IMG/VR virus record: IMGVR_UViG_3300042006_000071
From: an uncultured virus (IMG/VR IMGVR_UViG_3300042006_000071)
Taxonomy: Duplodnaviria; Heunggongvirae; Uroviricota; Caudoviricetes
Length of the DNA stretch: 64,000 nt
Strand: one strand, 5' to 3'
Shown here: positions 56,889-64,000 of the stretch, piece by piece
How positions within the stretch are numbered: position 1 is the first letter of the stretch
Layout of the letters: every line of letters begins with the position of its first letter
Program-made: the position numbers and the translations under genes
Notes under the pieces: generated by a model
Told to the model about the DNA's origin: nothing
Database searches by the model: none
What the model saw: the letters and a program-made list of their open reading frames with translations, nothing else

Positions 56889-57178
56889 TTCAAAATCTCC
56901 ATCGCGTCTTCGAGGTTATCCACGGTGAAGACCTCGGCACCGTGGGCGCGCATTTCTTCATGCACCGCCAGTTGCAGCGGGCGCGGTTCCTCGCCGTCCT
57001 GCTTGATCTCCATGAAGATGTGGCGCGAGCGGCGAATGCCGATGCGATCTGGCGGGCCGTCGTAGGCCGGTGACACGAACTTGAGCCACAGCCAGCCGCG
57101 CCGCTCGGCGTACAGCCTGATCTTCTCTTCCAGGCTGCTCTCCAACTGCTTCTTCGGTTTCCTATTCCGCCACTGCAT
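56885..57178 (-). CDS. VRR-NUC endonuclease
   Basis: KFVSP...GPPDR...FMEIK...LQ. Confidence 0.88.
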   Translation of the reverse strand: MQWRNRKPKKQLESSLEEKIRLYAERRGWLWLKFVSPAYDGPPDRIGIRRSRHIFMEIKQDGEEPRPLQLAVHEEMRAHGAEVFTVDNLEDAMEILK

Positions 57179-59336
57179 CTTGATCCTCGTCTTCGTCTGC
57201 GTAGCCGCGTTCTTCCTGGCACGCTTTGCAGGTGCGCATGTCGTGCGGCGGCTCCTTGTATTCGACCCACGCCTCGCGCACCTCTTTCTCCGCACGGTCG
57301 CACAGGGACTTCCGTGTCTTGAGATCGACGAGGTGAACGGTCTTCTGCTTCGGCAGCGCGGCCCACACGAAGCCGCTGCGGTTGGCCTGCTTCGGATCGC
57401 GGATCGACAGGCCGATGTCGTGCAGGCGGGCGTATGCCTCGCGCACGTACCATGCGTAGTCGATATCGTCGGGGAACTCTTCGGGCAAGTCCAGGCACGC
57501 CCGCGCGTTCATGGTGCCGCCGATCCGGCCATTGCGGTCGTTGTAGAACGGGCCGACGCACTCGCTGCTGATGTACCAGCGGATCATGTTGCCGATCTTC
57601 TCGCCGTCGCCGTAGAACGCGCCGTTCTTCAACTGGCGCACCGCGACGAATTGCGTGATGTCTTCGCAGTCGAGGATCGTGCGCTCGATGTCCGTGCCGT
57701 GCATCAGGTAGTCCACCACGGCTTGCGAGCAGATGTCGAACGTTGGGTCGTGTTTGTCTTGCAGGCCCGCCTTGGCGAACAGCCCTTTGCGCTTGGCCTT
57801 CTTCACCTCGCCGGTCTTCTCGTCGCGCACCAGGGCGATGTAGGAGTTCACGTCGCGGCTGTACACCCCGGCGTAATCTACCTCTTCAGTTTGGAGCGAG
57901 CATTCGCACTCCCAGTCGAACACGATGGCGGTGAAGAGGCCGTAGCGATCCTTGTCCATCACGGTCACGATGCCGTCAGTGTTGGCACTAATCACGTCGA
58001 ACTTGGCCGCGTGCAGCCGTTCGATCAGCATCAGCAGCGACAACTGGCCGGTGATGGTCGTCGAGATCATCATCTTCGGCGCGTACAGGATCGAGTAGGG
58101 CGAGCCTGCTTTACCGAAGGTGCCGTTGTTCACAATCTTGAAGGTGCCGGACTGCCGGTCGTATTCGATCCAGACCTCTTCCGGCTCGCCGTTGTCCTTC
58201 AACACCTGGGCCTTGAACTTGAACACGTCGCGCTTCTCCACTGACTCGGTGAAGATCGGCGTGAAGAAGCCCTTCAGTGAATCCGGCTCATATCCGCAGG
58301 CCAGCATCAGGCGCGGGTAGTAGGCGCGCACGTCGCGGTCTTTGATAAGCGTGTCTGCGTCGGCCACGTAACTGCGGCGGTGCTCCTGCGAGTGCAGCCC
58401 GCCAATGCCCATCTTGTAGTCGGTGAAGCCGATGCGAATCTTGAGCGCCTTGATTTCCTTCGGCAGCTTCACGACGCCCCACTCTTTCTTGTTCTTCTGG
58501 TTGTGGGCCTTGATCTCGAAGTCACAGTTGACGATGGCTTCGAGCGCGTCCTGCAACTGCTTCGTCTTGAAGTGAATGAACGATGGCGGCTCGTACTTGA
58601 ACTTCATCGTCCGTACCTTCGGGCGCGGCGGCGGCTCGCCAGTCTCGCGCTCGTACTTGACCTTGAACTGGGCCTCGGCCATCTGCGCGTCGGACTTGCT
58701 GCGCACGTCCACCTGCAACTCGTTCGACATATAGGCGCGGGCCTCCAACTCAGTCTTCAGGCGGCGGCGCAGTTCGGACGTGGTGGCAAGGTCGTTCTTC
58801 AGGTAGCGGATGACCTTCGGGCGATCCTGGGGCCGCAACGGTTGGTCAAACGGGATTGGGGTTTCAGCGAGGCGCGGCATGTTCATGCGAGCGCCGTACT
58901 TCTTCAGCGACAGGCGCACGCCGGGCGCAGGCTCGAACAGGTCGATGTGATCCAGCCACCGGGGGATTTCGATCTCGAAGCGATCCAGAATCTCCCAGGG
59001 TCGCAGCATCTTGTCGCCGCGCTTCTTGTTCTCGACGATGATGAAGTCGTTGAGCTTCTTCAGCATCGCGGGCGTGGTGCTTTTCTTCAGCGCGTAAAAG
59101 ATCATCGGCAGATCGTAGGTCAGGCCGTTGAACGTGTAGATGCGGAATTTCTTCAGCACCTCGCGCAGCTTGTCGCGGTTGAGGGGATTGCCCTCGTAGT
59201 GTTCCAGCACCAGTGTCTTACCAGTCTCGATGTTCTCGAAACCGATGCACCAGTAATTCGGGAAGCATTCAGTGTCGCAGGACGCTTCCGGTTTTTCGAC
59301 CATGAAGTCGATCTTCTTGTTGGTGTCACGTGGCAT
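57162..59336 (-). CDS. family-B DNA polymerase with 3'-5' exonuclease
   Basis: Exo: DTE, FNGLTYD, YLKND. Pol: DVRAYYP, KIVNNGTFGK, ANTDG. Confidence 0.9.
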   Translation of the reverse strand: MPRDTNKKIDFMVEKPEASCDTECFPNYWCIGFENIETGKTLVLEHYEGNPLNRDKLREVLKKFRIYTFNGLTYDLPMIFYALKKSTTPAMLKKLNDFIIVENKKRGDKMLRPWEILDRFEIEIPRWLDHIDLFEPAPGVRLSLKKYGARMNMPRLAETPIPFDQPLRPQDRPKVIRYLKNDLATTSELRRRLKTELEARAYMSNELQVDVRSKSDAQMAEAQFKVKYERETGEPPPRPKVRTMKFKYEPPSFIHFKTKQLQDALEAIVNCDFEIKAHNQKNKKEWGVVKLPKEIKALKIRIGFTDYKMGIGGLHSQEHRRSYVADADTLIKDRDVRAYYPRLMLACGYEPDSLKGFFTPIFTESVEKRDVFKFKAQVLKDNGEPEEVWIEYDRQSGTFKIVNNGTFGKAGSPYSILYAPKMMISTTITGQLSLLMLIERLHAAKFDVISANTDGIVTVMDKDRYGLFTAIVFDWECECSLQTEEVDYAGVYSRDVNSYIALVRDEKTGEVKKAKRKGLFAKAGLQDKHDPTFDICSQAVVDYLMHGTDIERTILDCEDITQFVAVRQLKNGAFYGDGEKIGNMIRWYISSECVGPFYNDRNGRIGGTMNARACLDLPEEFPDDIDYAWYVREAYARLHDIGLSIRDPKQANRSGFVWAALPKQKTVHLVDLKTRKSLCDRAEKEVREAWVEYKEPPHDMRTCKACQEERGYADEDEDQDAVAE

Positions 59337-59355
59337 AAAAGCGCTCCGAAAATGA

Positions 59356-59388
59356 ACAGACCCGCAGAGGGTTAGTCTGCGGGCCTGT
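59356..59388 (-). terminator. hairpin/terminator after SSB gene
   Basis: ACAGACCCGCAGA / TCTGCGGGCCTGT stem, followed by TCATTTT on - strand. Confidence 0.65.
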
Positions 59389-59402
59389 TGTCCTACTTGG
59401 TG

Positions 59403-60074
59403 TTACAGATCATCGTTGTCGTCAGACCGGGACTTGCCGCGCTTGGACGACTTGCTTTCGCTGTCGTCACCATCGCCGTCATCCCAGGCGTCGGAGTCGT
59501 CGATGCGACCTTCACCGAACGATTCACCATCGTCGCGGAACTTCACGCCAACCAGGCCCGCGTTCACACGCTTGCCGTAGCCTTTGCCTACCTTCACGCC
59601 GTCCTGATACCAGATGCGAATCAGCACGTCGCAATAGCAGCCGCCATAGATCATTTCTTCGATGCGGTCTTCGTCGTCAACCGGGTCAAGAATGTCGCCA
59701 TCAGCGGTACGGACGGTCGGGCGCTTGGATTCACGCGCCGACACGACCCAGTGGCCTTCGTATTCCTCACGGTCGGCATCGTCGCCGTCGCGCAGGAATC
59801 GGCGGTCGGCAGATACCTTGCCGCCGTCGTTGGCCTTGATGATCGCGGCGATCTGATCTTGCAGCGCTTCGATCAGTTCATTGTGCTTCTTGCCCTTTTC
59901 CAGCATGGCGACAATCCCGTAGGAGCCTTTCTTTTTCGGGTTGCCGTCATCGTCCTTGCCCTTGTAGGGGCGGGACAGGTGGGGGAAGGAGACACGCACG
60001 TTATCCAGGCGAGCGAAGAAGTCCTTGTAAATCACGCCGTTTTTGATACGTTCTTGAACGATAAGTTGAGCCAT
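59403..60074 (-). CDS. DUF2815 single-stranded DNA-binding protein
   Basis: NVRVSFPHL, FLRDGD, IYGGCY, VKFRDDGESFG; acidic tail ending -DDL. Confidence 0.88.
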   Translation of the reverse strand: MAQLIVQERIKNGVIYKDFFARLDNVRVSFPHLSRPYKGKDDDGNPKKKGSYGIVAMLEKGKKHNELIEALQDQIAAIIKANDGGKVSADRRFLRDGDDADREEYEGHWVVSARESKRPTVRTADGDILDPVDDEDRIEEMIYGGCYCDVLIRIWYQDGVKVGKGYGKRVNAGLVGVKFRDDGESFGEGRIDDSDAWDDGDGDDSESKSSKRGKSRSDDNDDL

Positions 60075-60117
60075 TTTCGAGTCCTTTCGGTTTTCGGTTT
60101 ATACGATTTATACGGTT

Positions 60118-61413
60118 TTAATCATCAAACGCGCCACCATCGCGCCCTTCGAGGAAAGCTGGCCGCTTGTCCACGATTGGAGCCAGGGTGGCTTTGCCAG
60201 GGGGCTTGTACACCAGCCCTTCCAGCAGGTCGGGCAAGTCTTTCGTCTTGTATCCGGCCTTACGCAGCAGTTCTTCAACCGCTGCGGGTGATGCGATGTC
60301 CTCGCTAACGAGGTCGTTGAGTTCCAGGCCCAGTTGCATCAGCTTCCGAAGTGCGACCTTCGGGTTGTGCCATGCGCGCCGTGACCGGCCCTCCACTTGC
60401 TTCAGGATCGTCAGCCGCGCGCCATCTTCGGTGCGCTGCATCAGTTCCAAGTACACTTGCTTGAAGAAGCGCTCAACTGCTCCGCGCCACGTGTACAGCT
60501 TCTCCAACTCCGCTGTGGTCAGCGTTCCGACCTTCGCCAGCGCCGGGTCTTCCTCGGTCGCCAACTCCTTCTTGAACATGACCATGCGCTTGAAGTCCAC
60601 CGGCTTGCCTTCGGTGGTCATGTCGCCGCCCACCATGTCAAACACCACCTTCGCCTTGGCCGTGCAAGTGGCCTGCACGCGGCACCACTGACACGCTTCC
60701 GGCGACGGCGTGCGCGGCGCACCTTGCACCCACGCTGCCGCTGCCTTCACCTTCACCTCCTTGGCGAAGTCCAGCAACTCTTCGCGGCTGATCTCCCAGT
60801 CGTCGAAGTTGTCCAGGCGAGGCTGGGCAATCCGAATGATGATGCGCTGGAAGTCGTACAGCCAGTCCCACTCGTAGAAGAATCCCAGCGCATACAGCAT
60901 CGCCTGGGTGTTCTTCTCCGCATAGACCCACACGCCCTTACCCATCTTCAGATCGGTGATGACCATGAGGCCCGGCGAACAGGCCACGTGGTCGGCGGTG
61001 CCGCCCTGGTTCGGGATCGGCGTGAGCCGCGAGAAGTCAACGCGGGTTTCGACGAACTGCGAGCCGACCGTGCGGCGGCACCACTTCACGTAGCGCTCCA
61101 CATGATCCAGCATCACCTCGTCGATGCCGATAAAAAACCCGTACCCTGCGCCATCGACCCAGTAGGTCTTGTTCAGCAGGTGTACGGGCTTCTTGCCGGT
61201 CTTGAGCCACACCTCCCCAACCATGTGACCCACGGTGCCGTAGGCCGCGTCCTCGCCGGAATCATCCGGCGCGAACAAATTGGGGATCAGCGAACCGGCG
61301 CAGTTGAGCCACATCTTCGAGGCGGAAGGAGCGAAGACCGAATGGCCGCCTTCCTCCACCGCCCGCATTGCGTCGCCGATCTGCGCGACGGTGAAGATGT
61401 GGTGCTCGGACAT
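60118..61413 (-). CDS. DUF2800 Cas4-like PD-(D/E)XK exonuclease
   Basis: HSVFAPSAS..W..C, GTAD, DLKMGKG, QAMLYALG, CQWC...C. Confidence 0.9.
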   Translation of the reverse strand: MSEHHIFTVAQIGDAMRAVEEGGHSVFAPSASKMWLNCAGSLIPNLFAPDDSGEDAAYGTVGHMVGEVWLKTGKKPVHLLNKTYWVDGAGYGFFIGIDEVMLDHVERYVKWCRRTVGSQFVETRVDFSRLTPIPNQGGTADHVACSPGLMVITDLKMGKGVWVYAEKNTQAMLYALGFFYEWDWLYDFQRIIIRIAQPRLDNFDDWEISREELLDFAKEVKVKAAAAWVQGAPRTPSPEACQWCRVQATCTAKAKVVFDMVGGDMTTEGKPVDFKRMVMFKKELATEEDPALAKVGTLTTAELEKLYTWRGAVERFFKQVYLELMQRTEDGARLTILKQVEGRSRRAWHNPKVALRKLMQLGLELNDLVSEDIASPAAVEELLRKAGYKTKDLPDLLEGLVYKPPGKATLAPIVDKRPAFLEGRDGGAFDD

Positions 61414-61826
61414 TACAGGTTGTCGTCGCTGTCGCCGCCCGCTTCTTCAGCGGCCTTGTCCAGCTTGGCCTTGGCCTTCTTGTAGGCGGCTTCGATGTCG
61501 GAGTCGTCGATCTCGGCGAGGCGTTCGACCTCGAAGGACTTGATGATCGCCTTGGCGACAGGTGCGCCCAGGTCGTCCTTGACCTTGTTCATGATCGCGG
61601 TCAGTTCTTCGCGGGTGACTTTCTTGCCGCCCTTGCCGGTGGTCTTCGGCTTCTCTTCTTCTTCGCCGCCTTCCTCGGACTTAGCCTTGCCGGTGGCCTT
61701 GCCGGTGGTCTTGCCGGTGGACTTGGCTTCTTCCTTCTCGCCGGTCGCGCCGGACTTGCCGGTGTGGGCTGCGGTGTTGGCTTCCAGGGCTGCGATCAGT
61801 TTTTCGATCAGGGATTCGATTGCCAT
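61413..61826 (-). CDS. hypothetical protein (N-helix, K/E/G linker, C-terminal helical domain)
   Basis: AGGAG RBS; TAATG coupling to nuclease. Confidence 0.85.
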   Translation of the reverse strand: MAIESLIEKLIAALEANTAAHTGKSGATGEKEEAKSTGKTTGKATGKAKSEEGGEEEEKPKTTGKGGKKVTREELTAIMNKVKDDLGAPVAKAIIKSFEVERLAEIDDSDIEAAYKKAKAKLDKAAEEAGGDSDDNL

Positions 61827-61838
61827 TTTTTGATGCTC

Positions 61839-62078
61839 CTATTTAGCGGCAGGTTCAATGACACGCTCTGCTTCTGCCTGCGGCAGAACGTGAGGTTGGA
61901 ATACTTCGTCGGCCAGCACGTGATTCAAGGCTTCGAGCAACTGGGCCAATTTCAAAAGGGACTCTCGCCCAGGCACTCGAAGCCGCTGCTCCACATCTGC
62001 TTTCGTTTTAAGCAGACCACCCACGAACTCGCGGCGGCGGTTGAAAGCGAAGCTGGTGTTTTCGTAATCAATCGCCAT
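61839..62078 (-). CDS. hypothetical protein
   Basis: GGAG RBS; first gene of replication operon. Confidence 0.65.
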   Translation of the reverse strand: MAIDYENTSFAFNRRREFVGGLLKTKADVEQRLRVPGRESLLKLAQLLEALNHVLADEVFQPHVLPQAEAERVIEPAAK

Positions 62079-62122
62079 CACTATCTCCATGAAATCAGTG
62101 TTGCAGGCTGCGACGGGATCGA

Positions 62123-62151
62123 ACTTTACAGACAACATTGATTGCTGTCAA
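62123..62151 (-). promoter_or_regulatory. sigma70 promoter of replication operon with dyad (62130-62150)
   Basis: TTGACA-17-TAAAGT; AGACA-N11-TGTCA. Confidence 0.75.
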
Positions 62152-62212
62152 TAGTTCGTGCAATAATTCGTTCCACATTTTTTATCAGTCTCAAAAACAG
62201 GAGGATTAGCGC

Positions 62213-62512
62213 ATGAAATTCGCAGACTGGGTACACGCCCCAGTGAAGGGTAAGCGGTTGAACGAGGCCACGGTGGCATCGAATCGACTGAAGTACATCA
62301 TCACGCACGCGGCGCTGCAAATCGGATGCCCGGCCACCGTCAGCGGTTTCGCCGAACGTGCGCAGGTGCCGCGCACGCACCTCTATCACTACATCCGTCG
62401 CGGCACGTTCCCGCAGAAGACGGCTGAAGCCATCGAGCGCGTGATAGGCCGCAGCCTTATCTGCGCGGAGCACCTTGTATTCCCGATGAACATTGAAGTG
62501 GACGCCGAATGA
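62213..62512 (+). CDS. HTH DNA-binding protein
   Basis: TVSGFAERAQVPRTHLYHYIRRG; AGGAGG RBS. Confidence 0.75.
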   Translation: MKFADWVHAPVKGKRLNEATVASNRLKYIITHAALQIGCPATVSGFAERAQVPRTHLYHYIRRGTFPQKTAEAIERVIGRSLICAEHLVFPMNIEVDAE

Positions 62513-64000
62513 AGAACAAAGAGCACACACTGGGCAGCAGCGGCCCACTGGCAGTGTTCGGTGAGCAGCTTATCGCCAATGGCTACGCCATTGTCCCAAT
62601 CGCTGTAGGTAAGAAGTCACCGAACTTTAACGGATGGGAGAAGTCCCGCGCCACGAACTCACTGCTGCGCGAATGGGTCGGCGACGGCCACCTGCGCAGC
62701 GGTGTCGGCGTGCTGACGAAGGACACTCCCGCCGTGGACATCGACGTGCGTGATGAAGACTTCGCCAATGAGTGCGAAGAGAAGGCCATCGAGATTTTCG
62801 GTGCCGCGCCCTCGCGTATTGGCATGGCACCGAAGCGCTTGTTGGTGTATCGCACGAACGAGCCGTTCAAGAAGCTGAAGTCGAAGAAGTTCAAGACGCC
62901 CGATCCGATCAACGACGACGAGTGGGAAGAACACCAGATCGAAATCCTGTGCGACGGCCAGCAGTTCGTCGCCTATCACACGCACCCGGACACCAACCGA
63001 CCTTACGTGTGGCCGAATGAGCGCGTGACCGAAGACGGCGAGACGATCAAGGCCGGTGGCGTGCTCACGATCCCCCAGCGCAAGCTGACCGTCATCACCC
63101 AGGAGCAGTGTCAGGAGTACATCGACTGGTTCAACGAGCGCTGCGAAGAGAAGGGCTGGGCGCTCGCGCGCAAGGAACTCAATCACCGCGAGGCGCAGCG
63201 CGGCGAGATCGAAATGAGCGAGTGGGCCGAGTACACGGACAAGGTGGAAGACCTGACCGACGAAGAACTGCGTGAACTGCTCATGCTCGTGCCGGGCAAC
63301 GACGACTACCATCGCTGGGTCGATGTCGGCATGGCGCTGTATCACCAGTACGAAGGCTCGAAGGAAGGTTTCGAGTTGTGGTGCGAGTGGTCGGAAGTCG
63401 GCTACCCCGACTTTGAAATGGACGACTGCAAGGCCAAGTGGTACGAGCGGAACTTCGCCGTCAAGGGCAAGCACCGTGCGCCGATCACGTTCAAGTCGAT
63501 TCTGGAATGGGCGCATGAAGCGGAGCGCGATCTGCGCAACGCGAAGTATCTGGAAATGATCGCCAAGTTCGAGAAGGTGCGCGACCTGGGCGAGTGGGAC
63601 GCGCTGAAGAAGGAAATGAACAACACGCCGATGCCCGCGTATCTGCGCGAGTCCGTCGTGAACTTGGCGAAGAAGCAGTTGGAGAAGGTGAACGGCGGTG
63701 CGAAGACCAGCGTTGTCCACGTGCGCAAGGAACTCGAATACAAGGTCGGCGACCACAAGATGCCGAAGTGGGTCAAGCCGTGGGTGTACGACAGCAGCGA
63801 CGACCGCTTCTACGACACGGCGCGCAAGCGCAGCACCTCCAAGCAGGGCTTCGACGCGGAGTTCAACCGCATGGCGATCACCCCGCGCGACGAGGCGGAC
63901 GGCAAGCAGTTCCCATCTAACTCGGCGAGCGATCTGGCCCTGACGGTCTTCAAGATTCCGGTCGTGGATGGACGCCGCTATGCGCCGGGCGAAGACAAGG
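62509..64000 (+). CDS. prim-pol/PriCT primase(-helicase), truncated at window edge
   Basis: Not in ORF track because it has no stop in the window. My translation shows GYAIVPI...GKKSP, AVDIDV, GQQFVAYHTHPDT..PY.W and YHRWVDVGMAL...LWCEWS. Confidence 0.9.
   Translation, partial: MKNKEHTLGSSGPLAVFGEQLIANGYAIVPIAVGKKSPNFNGWEKSRATNSLLREWVGDGHLRSGVGVLTKDTPAVDIDVRDEDFANECEEKAIEIFGAAPSRIGMAPKRLLVYRTNEPFKKLKSKKFKTPDPINDDEWEEHQIEILCDGQQFVAYHTHPDTNRPYVWPNERVTEDGETIKAGGVLTIPQRKLTVITQEQCQEYIDWFNERCEEKGWALARKELNHREAQRGEIEMSEWAEYTDKVEDLTDEELRELLMLVPGNDDYHRWVDVGMALYHQYEGSKEGFELWCEWSEVGYPDFEMDDCKAKWYERNFAVKGKHRAPITFKSILEWAHEAERDLRNAKYLEMIAKFEKVRDLGEWDALKKEMNNTPMPAYLRESVVNLAKKQLEKVNGGAKTSVVHVRKELEYKVGDHKMPKWVKPWVYDSSDDRFYDTARKRSTSKQGFDAEFNRMAITPRDEADGKQFPSNSASDLALTVFKIPVVDGRRYAPGEDK

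Noticed and set aside
60118..61413. Cas4-like nuclease as a sign of CRISPR-Cas
   Set aside because: DUF2800-type phage replication nuclease; no array or other cas genes seen
1..64000. Lysogeny module, tRNAs or DNA-modification cluster
   Set aside because: No integrase, tRNA cloverleaf, methyltransferase or deazaguanine-pathway motifs recognised; the part of the genome beyond 64000 is not visible

Overview
The window is almost the whole genome of a tailed dsDNA siphophage with chi/Nazgul-like (Casjensviridae-like) organisation. No integrase, tRNA, rRNA or CRISPR array was seen. Left to right: a probable cos site at ~18-61; a compositionally distinct leftward early arm of hypothetical genes (0.5-6.6 kb); a rightward early/middle arm (7.0-19.2 kb) with a stand-alone Spo11/Top6A-like protein, a cupin, a wHTH protein, RdgC and a histone-like protein; a long leftward operon (62 to 19.3 kb) with replication genes (DUF2800 nuclease, DUF2815 SSB, family-B DNA polymerase, VRR-NUC, SNF2 helicase), lambda-like packaging/head genes, tail and fibre genes and lysis; and a rightward HTH plus prim-pol primase that runs off the right edge. 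The most striking unexplained signals are: (1) ten unrelated proteins ending in exactly Asp-Glu-Leu-stop with varied synonymous codons, suggesting a shared C-terminal docking tag; (2) a 21-bp TGACA-N11-TGTCA dyad over most sigma70-like promoters; (3) roughly tenfold GATC depletion confined to the cos-proximal arm. All family assignments are motif recognition by eye, not database hits. Start codons were adjusted from the ORF track using RBS and gene-overlap evidence.
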